Below the pieces are notes generated by a model. The model worked only from the letters and a program-made list of their open reading frames with translations, did no database searches and was not told the DNA's origin. From Eledone cirrhosa (Eukaryota): a DNA stretch of 64,000 nt. Below are positions 32,390-46,123 of this stretch, in pieces (position 1 is the first letter of the stretch; each line of letters starts with the position of its first letter). Where the stretch lies: the NCBI GenBank assembly GCA_964016885.1, contig OZ024743.1:360778001-360842000 (forward strand), read 5' to 3'. Made by a program: the position numbers and the translations under genes.

Positions 32390-33355
32390 TTTACATATAC
32401 TAAGATTTTAATTGTCTATCGGCCTGTTACGCGCGTTTCGCAGAGGATAGGCTTGCATTCACGCATAGTAATAATGAACCCGACTCCATTATCGATCTGC
32501 TCTTCAGATTGGTGATCCTACAAAAAAAATCTCTGCATCACATAAATTATATACATATGAATTATTATTAGTACAGATTAAGAGTTTAACCATTACATTT
32601 CTGCTTTCAAACTAAGTGGGTTCATCTGAAACTGAGAAAAATCAGTTTGTAGACACAGAAGTAAATACCTTAAAAACGTTACGACAACATATTACCTTTA
32701 GAAAACAGGGAGATATAACGGTTGTGCATGAAATTGTTCTCTTGAGATGGGCGAAATGTATATAAACATATTTAACGCTATTATGTGGAGGGAGAAGAAC
32801 AAATACTTGCTAGGTAAAAATCACATTCCGTCTAACGGAAGACTAATCTAACTAGCAGGTCGCTCTTCAGTGCTGCTAGTAATATGTAACCCTGTGCAAC
32901 CTGTGCATGTTCTGATCTCCGGCGACTAAACCGGCAGCCTTACCAAGCAAACTTGGTGATGAGGGTGATGAAAAACAAAACCCTTCAAAGGGCGGAGCAA
33001 CTCATGAGATTCAGCGGTCTTCGAATAAAGTATTTGGAGGGTAGGGTAGGGAGCAAGACACTCCTAGTTTTCATGAAGACATCTCTCTACGAGAAGGTCA
33101 CGGGTGATATAAAACTTGTGACTCTTTGCAGTTAATGATGTAGATCAGTTCTACTTTTTGAGTAAATGCATTCAATGGTCAGAGAGTGGGATTGCCACGT
33201 GAAAAGATTTTCCTTACTTAAAAAAAGCTTCAAGCGCAGGAATCGCTTGATATGTGGCATTATTTTGCGATGCATAGCCATAGGCAAATCCATAGCAGGA
33301 CTAAAAAGCGACGTCTCATGCTTAAGTATCAAGCGATGGTATTACTTGAAACCGA
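32390..33355 (-). mobile_element. Highly decayed Penelope-like relic with terminal hammerhead-like core
   Basis: Minus strand reads CTGAAGA-GCAGA...TCTGC-GAAA-CGCGCG-TA at ~32428-32507. Upstream coding remnants are weak. Confidence 0.45.
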
Positions 33356-33367
33356 GTTGCATCCATC

Positions 33368-33404
33368 AAACACACACTCACACATACACACATACACACA
33401 CTCA

Positions 33405-33454
<50 letters not shown>

Positions 33455-33468
33455 CACACACACACACA

Positions 33469-33529
<61 letters not shown>

Positions 33530-33530
33530 A
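33368..33530. repeat. (CA)n microsatellite
   Basis: Direct reading. Confidence 0.95.
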
Positions 33531-34532
33531 CTTATTACATAACTTAAAAGAAATACACAAAGAATATTATTAAAATGACTATTGTATCAAATGGGAAGTC
33601 AGTCTGAAATGTATAAAAAATCTATTTTTGCTCTACTAGACAGTGTCAGGCAAGAAATATTCTGTATTTACCACTCTGGCACAGGGTGTAGTAACATATT
33701 TTGGATGCCCAAACTTTCTGTGCAATGCTTGGGATGCTACAAATATATTTCTATACATTTGCATTGTGGTTTTGAATTTTTCTTCAAACGTAAAATTCCA
33801 TCGCTTTGTTGCAAGACACTCCATATGGTGTCTTCATAAACGGATCGATGTTTTATCAATTTTGAATTGTATAACTTACTTGGGTTGTTTGTAAAGTATA
33901 TAATTTGGGATAGAAACTTTGTAAATAAAGAATTTGTATTGATTTTCACTCGAAACACGTGTTATAAAAAGGAATTTATTCTGTTCAGCAACAGTTGTTT
34001 AGATCTTGAATAATCTAAATGATTACAGTCTAATAATGCTAATGTATCTGAAATTTATTTAGGGAAATTCAATGCATCAAAATGACAGAAAATTATATAG
34101 ATTTATGATGAAATAAACAGCTAAATCGGAAACAATCTAACATAACATTCAGAAATCCATTTATGAAAGACGCCTCATATGCTCAATGGAATTTGCGTTG
34201 GTTATAAAATGACATCGAATACGTCCCTAAAACTTTCATTTCTTGAGAAACATTTAAAAAATATATCTTAACGTTTTAGAAAAAAAAGTACCAATCAATA
34301 TACAGCTTATAATTATATACATATATCCCTTTGAATTTAATATATACTCCCGTAAGGTCGAGTAAAGCTCTAGGCAGTATCTGGCTGAGCTTTCTAGCAA
34401 CCAGCCTACCCGCCGACTGGCAACCAATCACAAATTTCTTCCTTGACCGCTAGCCACATGATACTTCTTAGCCATTTTTGAATTCATTTCTGGCGGGGAT
34501 CACGGTAGAAACTTTAGTCCAGACTCGAGGCG

Positions 34533-34615
34533 CCTCTTGATGAGTTCCAAGCCTCTTGAACAGATCCATGATCGAGTATATCCCCCAAAAAGGAACGAAA
34601 CTACCGGTAGTCGAA
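34533..34615 (+). ncRNA. Degenerate type I hammerhead-like motif
   Basis: TTGATGA-GTTCC...GGAAC-GAAA-CTACCGGTAG-TC; C3 is altered and stem I is weak. Confidence 0.5.
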
Positions 34616-35278
34616 TTTTGATAAAGTTTATATGCATTTTTTCTTCAAACTTCTATTTTAAACCTAACTCCGTGTAGTTGATTATTTGTCTAGTCAATTT
34701 CTACCGGCTAAAAGGAATGACTAGGTAAATTTTATCTGGCTGTCCCTCGCGGAAGATAGTCTGTATCATTTGTCTATTATTTCTTAATAGTGACATTTTA
34801 AACTTATAGCCTCGTTTAAATGATTATTTATGTGGTTGATTCATACGGACTAAGGGGAGGAAATACTGTATATAATTATCTAATAATTCTTCAAACTTGC
34901 TATTTTATATATATTCCTTGTATCCCATGTCTGATTTAATTTAGAGAATAACTATGTGTATGTGTGTGTGATCCATACATATATTTATTATGTTTTAATA
35001 TCTCTGTGTGTACATTGGTTATATATACATATGATTATTCTTTTAACTTTCCAATTGAGTTCTTATACACGTGGTTAATACCTAACAGGTTTAATTGACC
35101 AGCTTGTATATTGTTTTATTTTAAGATGACCTCCCTTTACCCTTTTGGGGGACAGCGTGTAACATTTCTTTGGGAGAACTGCTGGATTCTAATCTTCCAG
35201 TCTCTTCTTAGCGCTGAGGGAGACCATCACCATTCTATTAATGTCAATATAATTCTTATATCGATATTAATTTGGGCA

Positions 35279-35402
35279 TCCACTGATGAGTTTATAAAAG
35301 CCCGCTTGTGTATAAAACTACGGATTATATACAAGATTCTACATAACCTGGAAATTATTTATCCCAAATTGTAGAAATCTTATAACGAAACGGCCATCTG
35401 GA
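35279..35402 (+). ncRNA. Type I hammerhead ribozyme-like motif (one stem III mismatch)
   Basis: TCCA-CTGATGA-GTTTATAA...TTATAAC-GAAA-CGGCCA-TC-TGGA; stems I and II pair and loop III is palindromic GGCC. Confidence 0.65.
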
Positions 35403-35421
35403 AGGAAAGAGATATTTATTT

Positions 35422-35606
35422 AATAATTGTTTCTACTTTTGGCACAAGGCCAGCAATTACCCAGTACATTACTGGTACTTTATTTTATCGACCCCGTAAG
35501 GATGAAAGGCAAAGTTAACCTCGGCGCGATTTGAACTCAGACCGTAAAGGGACGAAACTATAGTGGAAAGCATGGCGTCCGACTCTCTACTGATACTGCC
35601 AATCCA
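35422..35606 (-). mobile_element. tRNA-derived SINE
   Basis: Reverse-complement homolog of 63065-63255, B box GAGTTCAAATC. Confidence 0.85.
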
Positions 35607-35733
35607 TGTGTCTCATATAAAATAATACAACCAGCTATCCACGAAATACTGATTAGTAATGTTTGTTGAGTGAGACGGAGTTGGTCGGAGTATCGCTTAA
35701 GGCTTTCTCTGTTTATGTATTGTATATATACAC

Positions 35734-35930
<197 letters not shown>

Positions 35931-35961
35931 GGTGAGAGTAGTTTCATTTACATTGCACAAT

Positions 35962-36035
35962 ATAATTGTTTCTACTTTAGGCACAAGGCCAGCAATTACC
36001 CAGTGCATTACTGGTACTTTATTTTATCGACCCCG
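35962..36035 (-). mobile_element. SINE 3' fragment (same family)
   Basis: Matches 35424-35496. Confidence 0.85.
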
Positions 36036-38129
36036 TTATAATACCAGTTAAACATGTAAGTGATAAGATGACCGGAACTCAATTTACTTTTATAATCATG
36101 CCATCAATAAGAGTATAGCATACTTTTCATTGGTAATAAAACATTTATCTTTTACTTCTGCTTGTTTATGCAATTCGTCTGTAAAATATAATGTTGCGTT
36201 TTTTTTTTTCATAAATTTTAGCAAAAACGATCTGTGTTATATTATATTTCTTTTAAATTATTTGTATTGTCAACTGACTCAGCGTATAATTCACGTTAAC
36301 ATCACATTATCCCGTGAGACATGCACACAGTTATGTGTATGTATGTGATGTGTGTATGTGTGAATGCGTGTATATATATATCTATTTACGTATCGAATTT
36401 TTTACTTTCTGTTGATATATATATCTTTCCATTTATCTGCCCATCTATTGTATTAACCATCTATTTTACCTTCGACTTATTTAGTTTTTCGCATTCTTTA
36501 CTTTCAATCAACTTTATTCTTTTTTACCTTCTCCATACACGACATTGTAAGTTTTCTATCTCTGTATGTCCCCCAGTAACTATCACTTTAATGTTTAAAA
36601 TTCCTTTCCCGTTAATTCAACGCTAAAATAGCCTTCTATTTTCGTACTTTCTTTTATCTTATCACCTGTCATCTCTTCCTTAATACTCCACAAGTCATCA
36701 TCTTCTATGAACGGAACCATTTAAAATTTTCTAATCTTTTATTCCCTAATCGATCGCTATATTTTTCATTATCTGCTATCCATCTTCATAGGCATATTTA
36801 ATCTTTCATTGACTTGATGTTAATGTCTTATTTGCACGAATAGTTTATTTTCCATGGGCATATTATTAGACTGGTTCTCGTTCTTCATCTATTGTTTAGA
36901 GAGTTTCGTTTCTCCTGAAGCGAGAGAGGAGAGGAAACACACTTATTTTTGCTTGATGTAAATATAAATGGTAACACTTTCTCCATTAGTTTTTCTTTCA
37001 CGTTCAATTTTGAAATGCTTATTTTATGCACTTACTCTTTCCTCATTACGGTTCCAACACCATAACTTGGATATATGTATCTTGTTTCAAACATTTAGAG
37101 ACAATTAGATTTTCTAGCTAATTTTGACTTATATATATAATTTAACATCAATCTTTCACAAAATCCGTATCATCACTCTCAGCAACAACACCAAATATAC
37201 TTGGTAATTTCTGAAAATTTTACATTAAATTTTATATTTATTTTACATTTTCTCACAATTATTTTATAGCTAAATTTTCATTTCTGAAAAGAAAAACTTG
37301 TTGCTTTTATTTCTCTTTTATTGCCCATTTGTCTCTTTTATTTTCAGTTTCTCGCTTTTCTTCCAGCATATTCGCAATAGATCAATGTTTCACCTGTCCT
37401 TAACCTGCCCACCACAATGGAGGCTCGCCCTCACAAAAAACATTTTAATGGTCTGAATATTCTGTTTTTTTGGTATTACAGTAAAAGTTTACGCACGTGT
37501 ATGACGATATCGAATTTTTTGTGCCATGCAAGAACACACTAATAATGTCCCTCGTTTACTTCCATATATTATTATTTTATGTCTTCCTCTTTTTCAATTT
37601 CCATTTCATCTCTTGTCATAGATTTAACACTTGATTTGTTTGCTTTTTGCATTTTTTATACTTCGATTTTCTTTTTATTGTTCTGCGCTCTGAACTGCAA
37701 CATATAATTCAGATTAGCTATATAGTTTCCAAGAACATATGATACATGTGTAGATATTTAGGCATCTAGATGAGTGATAAACAAGGGATGAAAACGCTTA
37801 TTTATTTATCTATATACCTAAACATCTCGTTTCTTTCTATTCCTCCGATAATTTCTCTTTACATCGTTCTCAGTCTCTCTGATTATCTATTTATATATCA
37901 GGTTGCTCGTATTATTCAATCTTAGTAAGCGTACACACATACACACAGACACACACACTCGCAGAGACGCACACTGTCACATAACACACACACATATATA
38001 CATATATACAATTATATATATATATATATATATATATTTCTTTTCAATGGCTGACAATACCTTACCAGTGCTACTCGAATAAGGTAATTATTTAACCCAT
38101 AAATGGGGCCCTAACAAGTACTACTACTC

Positions 38130-38650
38130 TGGAAGCAAAGATTGGGAATACGGAAGATGATGTGGTTGAGAGGAAGAGCAAAGCCTGGGCGGCGTGCCAC
38201 AGTTTGAGATCGGCGTGGAAGTCGGACCTTCCTGAAGAGCTGAAGATCCGCCTCTTCATTGCTGTAGTGGAGTCTGTGCTGCTGTGCGGGTCTGAGACTT
38301 GGACACTGACCAAGAAAGTCACTCAGATGGTGGATGGGTGCTACACTAGAATGCTAAGGATAGTTCTGAACATTAATCAGTATACACTGAGGATGAAGAA
38401 GTCAGAGCTGTACGCGAGCCTCCCAAAGTCAGCTCAAAAGTGACACAGAGGAGACTGAGGTTAGCTGAACATGCTCACCGACATCCAGAGTTCACACTGC
38501 ATTCAGGGCTTCCGTGGGAGCCCCTGCATGGACACACTGGTTAACGTATGTTGATGCCCTAAGGACAGACAGTGGTCTGTTGGAAGCGCAGGACATGTCA
38601 GCGATAATGAGGGACAGAGACCGATGGAGATAACTCGTCCAAGGATCTCG
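38130..38650 (+). mobile_element. RTE-type LINE 3' fragment
   Basis: LKIRLFIAVVESVLLCGSETWTLTKK..DGCYTRMLR, typical of the post-RT region of RTE elements. Confidence 0.75.
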
Positions 38651-38663
38651 GGAATTTTACCCG

Positions 38664-38739
<76 letters not shown>

Positions 38740-39559
38740 TAGAGCAAACGACGTTAATAATTATCAAATGTAACATTTCACCCCTTATAAATACGGAACA
38801 TGATCTGATGGAACAGATATATATATGGAACAGATATATATATATGGAACAGATATATATATATATATATATGTATACATATAGATATATATATGTGTGT
38901 GTGTGTTTATGTATGCGTGTGTGTGTGTCTGCATCTGTGTGTGTGCGTGTATGTCGGTGCGTTTGTTTCTGGTATGGAGTGTGTATGTGCGTGTGTCTGT
39001 ATCTGTGTCTGTATGTGTCTGTGTGTGTTTGAGGGTACAGTGTTGCTCAGTCTTTTGAGGACACATTTTGTAATAACTCTAACATTTATCTGATTTGCTC
39101 TGAATATCATTTATTTTCCGATAAATGAAGACAGGTATAAATGTAACTCAGAAATTAAAATGGCTCGCTCTAATTGTTGCCTTAATAGACTGTTCCCTTC
39201 CTGAATAGTGTACTGTCTTTGTTATCAAGCTTTACAAAGCTGGGAGCCACTGACGTGGATTCTACAGCTGTAAGCAATCATTAAACACTGGCCAGATCAC
39301 CCACATATTTGTACGAAGCGTGCAACAATGTAACTATAAAGACCCCAGAAAGTCAAGTAGCGCTTTTTCTAAGAAACTCATAGTTTCAAGGCATTCTATC
39401 AGAAGATATCTGGATGAGAACATTTGTTACTAGACATATGTCATACGGTGAGGCCAATTCATTTCTGCAAATAAACAAAGATAACCAACGTTTGTTGGGT
39501 AAGTTGAAACCCCAAGAGCCTGAGATTCTTTGTTTTTCTCTGATGATCAGGATTAAAAT

Positions 39560-39970
39560 GTGAACCAAAGGAATGGTAGATGTTTATGCAGTGATACTAA
39601 AGACGTGCCGAGCATTATGCACGTAATGTTCCCGGCAAATGTAGTGAAAAATGAGGAATACATATCATGCTTCCTCCCTTCATTCACCTTGGCTTAAGGT
39701 TCAATGCTGCTTATTATAGGAAGATGTTGGAGAATGTTGAGAGACCTTGGATGGAGATCTTCACGATCAAGTCACCCAGAACATATTGTCTCCTACCTCT
39801 CCAGATCTGAAGCCGCTGGACTACTACGTATAGAGCGCAATCAAAACGAAGTTAATCAAAGCCCGTACAACATTATATAATATCTAAAGTCTAACAAAAA
39901 CCAGTACAACATCTAAATAAGGTGCATCTCATTCGGACATATCAACGATTCGGACTTCATATAGAAGTAG
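39560..39970 (+). mobile_element. Decayed Tc1/mariner-superfamily transposase remnant
   Basis: SPTSPDLKPLDYYV at ~39789-39830 resembles the PxSPDLNPxD motif. Confidence 0.55.
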
Positions 39971-41543
39971 TAATCTATGATAACAACGAATTCATTAGGT
40001 AGATGCTTCAAGTAGTGTGCCAAGATTATTCATGTCAATTTTTATGTATGCAGCTTTTATTAGATTAATGCAAATGTCCTCAAACAACGCAGAAAACCTG
40101 TATATGCGTATGCATGTGTATGTTTATATAACATGAATTTTATACTTCACTTACTTTTTGTAAACATTCAAAATCTCTCTCGCGCTCTCATATTTTCTCT
40201 CTTTTTCTTTCACTCTTTTTCTTTCTCTCTTTTTCTTTCTCTCTTTTTCTTTCTCTCTGTTTCTTTACCTTGTCAAATGCCATTCTCTGTCTCTAATTGC
40301 CTTAAGCTTACCCTTGTATGTTTCTACCTACCATATACATATGCATATACACACACATATTCACAGATATACACTTGCATACATATACACATGGACACGG
40401 ATATACAACCACGCACACACACAGCATAAACATTCACATATTTACACCGAAGAGTGCAAACATATACATTCCGTTTCAGGTATTGTTTCGTATATAATAT
40501 GTTTGATATCGAGCTCCTTTTGAATCTTTCGTTTATCACTTCCTTCTGCCATCCTTATCGAAATTCTGACTATGTTCAAATCACACAAACGCATGAAGAG
40601 GGCGAGAGAGGAGGGCAGTCAAGGTGGAGGTGACTAACTACACATTGGCTTCTTTCCTGTCTTAGGGTTTCTGGTCATCTTTTTTTTTTACACCCATCCC
40701 TCTTAGTGTTCCTCCTTCTCCCAAGCATTCATTCTACACTCGGTCATTTTATCCTGCGATGAGAGACTAACGTGTGACACATTTTTCTACTATATCAAGC
40801 GTTAAACTAACATATGTCATCATTGTATTGTATTGTTCTTCCCTGTTTTTCCTATGTTAACTATTCTCTTAAACTATATATATCTATATGAATGTTTAAG
40901 GATCGCTCACTCGTCATATTCTCTCCGAATAGATGTACGTATATACATACACAAGCGTTTATATATATATTTATGTTCACTTATTGTTAAGAGGATCGTG
41001 GGAGAAAATACACGAAGCATGCCTTCCAGAGTCACTTATCGAAGGCAATTATATTTGATGAACTCTGTGTACGTGTGTTGATTTCATATTTCTATTTTGT
41101 TACTAGTAAAAATACCTTAAACGGGGAATTTCTTTCATAGATTTATAGTATTGTTAAATAATGTTTGTGTATGTAGTTTCTTGCCTGTACTAAATTGTAA
41201 TATTTTACGGTGTCCACTTTTAATACATGTTGATTAGACTGGAATATGACATATTTCAATAGTACATACACTATTTTAGCGCTACACAAATGCTACGGCA
41301 CTCTCAAGGCGCACAAAATATAAATAACCATCTCCAGCACATAATTCCGAAAGATACACATATATAAGTTCTCCAGTCGACTGGATAGAATTTATGATAA
41401 AATATCTGCTCTACCAAGACATATCCTTAAACGGTTCCTGTATCCCAGAAAAACTTGATTTCCTTTCCATATAGAGAGTAATACACCCACACACACACGC
41501 ACATACATACATCTATATATACATACACACACACACACACGCG

Positions 41544-41592
<49 letters not shown>

Positions 41593-41625
41593 ATAAACGT
41601 GCTGCGAGGTTGCGAATGGGTTACA

Positions 41626-42610
41626 TATGAATAAAGTTAGTCATTCATCAGTGACCTTCCAACCATCATTGGAATTTCATCGCTTTAAAGACCATATACC
41701 TTGGTTGGTGCGAGCAACAGCTAAAAAAAGTCGTTGGGACACGTAAATATAGGGGAGACGAGGGTGTAAGCAAACAAAGATGGTGAAGCAACGAAAAGTG
41801 AGGAAGAACGAGTCAAGTCCCACATTTCCATGAATATAAGTTCGGTGAAATCGTGAACGAGAGAGAATAAAGACCATCAAACCTGGTTGGAATGTGAGCA
41901 AGGAAGGAATTCCGTACAGGTCTAACGGGAGGAAGAAGGAATCTAGTCTGTGAATTCGGTGAACATAAGTTCTGTGAAATCGTAGCCGAGAGAGAGAGAA
42001 AAAAGGCGAACCAGCCTGACCAAGCGTGCGAAAGAAAAGAATTACGCACAGGTCAAACGGGAAGATGGAGGAGGAGGAGAGGTAGTAACAGAGAGTGAGT
42101 GAGTGAAGGGTGGGGAAGAGGCTAACAGAGAGAGAGTGACTGTTAGAGAAGGTAAAGATACAGAGAAAGAGGAAGCAGTAAGAACGAAATAGACGGGTCA
42201 TAGCGGGGGGAAAATACGTAATTCTTTTCTTTCGCACGCTTGGTCAGGCTCGTTCGCCTTTTTTTCTCTCTCTCGACTACGATTTCACAGACTAGATTCC
42301 TTATTCCTCTCGTTAGACCTGTACGGAATTCCTTCCTTGCTCACATTCCAACCAGGTTTGATGGTCTTTATTCTCTCTCGTTCACGATTTCACCGAACTT
42401 ATATTCATGGAAATTTGGGACTTGACTCGTTCTTCCTCACTTTTCGTTGATTCACCATCTTTGTTTGTTTACACTCTCGTGTCCCCTTTACTTACGTGTC
42501 CCAACGACTTTTGTTAACCGTTGCTCGCACCAACCGGAGGTATATGGTCTTTAAAGCGATGAAATACCAATGATGGTTGGAAGATCACTGATGAAGGACT
42601 AACTTTATGC

Positions 42611-42613
<3 letters not shown>
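41626..42613. repeat. Long inverted repeat, arms 41626-42046 and 42217-42613, 170-bp spacer; probably Penelope-like termini
   Basis: Arms are reverse complements with scattered mismatches and one ~27-bp indel. Each has CACTGATGA near its outer end. Confidence 0.9.
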
Positions 42614-42642
<29 letters not shown>

Positions 42643-42643
<1 letters not shown>

Positions 42644-43944
42644 ACCTACAATCTCACTTGAAGCTTACTGTCCAGAGCTAACTCTTACACAGGAGGACGC
42701 CGTCCGTGTAACTTATGCTCGGAGGAAACATTACAAATGCTGTTTTCGAGGGACCAACTCCTAAACAAGAAAGACGATTTGGTAACTGCATGCAAACACA
42801 GATTGCGTAGGACTTACCTCGCCCTCAAACCCCATAATGTCTCGAGGAGGCGGGGGTAGACAAGGGCTGAAACACCCCCACTTGGCGACTTTGTAAGGGG
42901 TAACCCCTGCTTACAAAGGTAGACGTAACTTTTTTATTTATTTTGTTTTTTTAAAAATCTTTTCTTCTATATTTCCTACTTCCTCTATCTCTCCCTAGTC
43001 CTTCCAACCCAGATCTCCTTCCTTGTTGATTTTTTTGTTCACCTTTTCGCCCACTCCGATGCAGCTCATCGGTCCTCTGTAGCCTCAGTACCACATCCCC
43101 CTAATTTTAAGATAGAATTGGCAAATTACGCTTTTTATAGCAGATGTGTTAGACCCTAGATAATTGCTTTCTTTCTGGTTGCTGCCCCATTTCCGTGATT
43201 TCTAAATTTCTTAGTGGTATTTTTCCATTAGTATTCTTGTATTAGTATTTATGTATTAGTATTCTGAATTAATATTTCGTATTAGTTTTTTTAGTATGTC
43301 TGTCCTCAACTTATTAACCTGTCATTGTAAGATAGCATTGGCTGATTACTACTAACTATAGCAGTGGTGTTAGACCCCTGTAAAGATAGATTTATAAAAT
43401 TATTTCACTACAATCTCGTATTAGTATTCTTCTCCACCTATTAAACTTTTCTATAGCTTAGCAATACCAATGATAGATTTGGTGATTGTGGGGATGGAGT
43501 AGTAACCAGAAATTGTTTTTTATATTTTTTATATATTTATTTCCTCATTTTTATAATGGCTTTTTTGTTTATTCCCTTTCGATTTACCTATTTTTTCACA
43601 CACACGCCCCATCCGCTTCCCCAGTACACTTTTTTCGACCATCTATACACTATCCTTTGAATCTGCTGTAGAGATTTCACTCTCAACGCTTGACTGGGTT
43701 TCCCCCACTCCCTCTTTGTTCTACCGACAAGTTCAGCTACCCCTACCTTCCACTAAATGCCATGATAGAATCATATGTCTTTACAACAAATTTTGGACCA
43801 AACCTTTTGACAATTACTATCTTCCTATATATGGAATTACCCCCTGAAATGTTCGGCTATTTATTTACCAAGCTAAAAATTCTTATTTAGTCCAGAATTA
43901 GCCGTCGAAACGGCTTGAGCTCTGCCGTCGGGGTCAAACTTGTT

Positions 43945-43950
<6 letters not shown>
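42643..43950 (+). mobile_element. Penelope-like element 3' relic (GIY-YIG C-terminus + terminal region)
   Basis: 42643-42830 is homologous to 57532-57720 (CNLCSEE..LLNKK..ACKH). Ends in a hammerhead-like motif. Confidence 0.8.
43839..43934 (+). ncRNA. Degenerate type I hammerhead-like motif
   Basis: ACCCC-CTGAAAT..CGGCTA...TAGCCGTC-GAAA-CGGC.loop.GCCG-TC-GGGGT; three stems pair but the CUGANGA box is damaged. Confidence 0.6.
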
Positions 43951-44017
<67 letters not shown>

Positions 44018-44660
44018 ATACTTGGGGAGGGTCATATTGTTATAGTATTGCCAGAAATAATAATAGAACACACTCACTGTTTTATTTGGATTCGTTTTCG
44101 CTTCTGTATCTTTTATGTCTCCATAGTTAATTTATATGGTAATCAATGTTTATCATTGTTTGACCAGCGGTTAAAAATATAGATATAAATATATATAGCT
44201 ATATAGTCTATCAAAGTTCGCACATCTGTGACATCATCAGTGGTACTATTATGTTCCCTCCCAGTGTATTGTAATGTCTACGCCATTTTTATTTAATCAA
44301 TTTATTTATTTCTTCTTGTCTCTGTCTCTGCGCATGCGTTTGCGTGTGTGTATAATGTTTCGTGTTTGTTCGCATTTGAGTGTATGTGTTTTTGTTTTTG
44401 TATTCTATCTTTGTTCCCTTGTGAGAGTTTATATATGTTTGTTGTTATTGTACTTGTGTATTTATTCATTTATTTATTTATTTATATTTCCCTTAAGTCA
44501 GTTCAGTATTGTTTGGGTATGGTTGTTGTTGTTTTTATTCCATTCGTTCTTGCTGTTCAACTTCGGTCTTCTTACTTCTATAGCAGTTGCTTCTCTGATT
44601 TGCCTACCTGTTGAGTCATTTATATGCTTAGAGATTATTTTAATTTCTATGTTGTCTATA

Positions 44661-44800
44661 CTACCGTGATGTCTTTGTCTGGCGTGTTCGTATAGGACTG
44701 AACCGTTTTTTGTTCTTTTGTTCCCCCTCCCCCCAGTGTTGGTCTATTCTTTCTCCTATGCTTTGAGCTGTCTCACCTATGTATGTCGTTATCATGTTTC
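44661..44800 (-). mobile_element. Penelope-like GIY-YIG endonuclease fragment
   Basis: TTYIGETAQSIGERIDQH. Confidence 0.65.
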
Positions 44801-44815
44801 TGCATATTGTCATGT

Positions 44816-44867
<52 letters not shown>

Positions 44868-45849
44868 ACCATCTCTTCCCACACTCGAGGGAACAACCTC
44901 AAGAACTTACCCACGAACATACACTCACATTTATTTTCGCACCACGCCACCCACATTCACACCACATATAAATACAAACACACACGTGCGTACCCCCACT
45001 TATATATACTCTCAACCTCCGGAATCCAGAACATGGAACCTCGTCCTTCTTCTCACATACACACACACACACACACACTCACGTACGCCTACACACATAC
45101 ACAAACACCACCTTCAGCCTTCCCCGCTTCGACCCCCCGCCTCCGTTGCCCAACTCCACCCGCCACCACACTTACACGCCTCACCACTTGCTCATCTTAT
45201 TGTTAATTCTTATGTTTATTTTTACGTTTAATTTTATTTTTATTTTTATTTTTCTCCTTCCTCCTTTTTTCTAAATGTATTTCCACACACCCTCGGATCT
45301 TTCTTCCTACCCTATTTATCCTGAAGAAGGGCTTATGCCCGAAAGGCCTCCCCCCACCACTCTCAAAAGCGTGAACCTAATAAACCTTTATTTGTGTGCC
45401 TCTCTGTTTTGTTCCCGTATAAATTTGCACTATATATATAGAGATGCGTCAGTTCTCCTGGTCCGACGGGCAGACCTCCCAACCATTTTGAGTGGTTGAA
45501 AGATGTGTTCTCTGTTGAAAATGGCTATAGCTTTTATTAAGTAAAATCCCTCTATTTTGCTCAATTCTCCCTGTTTTGGAGCACTTTTTTCATGGTATTT
45601 CCCGTTTGGACTTTAGAGGTTGGCAGTCTGCCTTTAGAATGGAGGGATGTTGTGAATTATATATGATTGCGTGTATTTATATGTAAAAAAGAATAAATGA
45701 ACGTATAAATAAAACACTTGTAATCCCTTAGAATTCATTCAATATACAAAATATGTTCATGTATTCATGTAAAGAATATAAAATATAGTTCATGAACACG
45801 TTTTCTTTTTCCTTATTCCTTTCAATGGACATTTGGTGCATAAACATAG

Positions 45850-46123
<274 letters not shown>

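Noticed and set aside
38808-38870. Three ATGGAACAGATATAT units resembling a repeat-spacer array
   Set aside because: The spacers are only (TA)n; this is a slippage minisatellite, not CRISPR-like.
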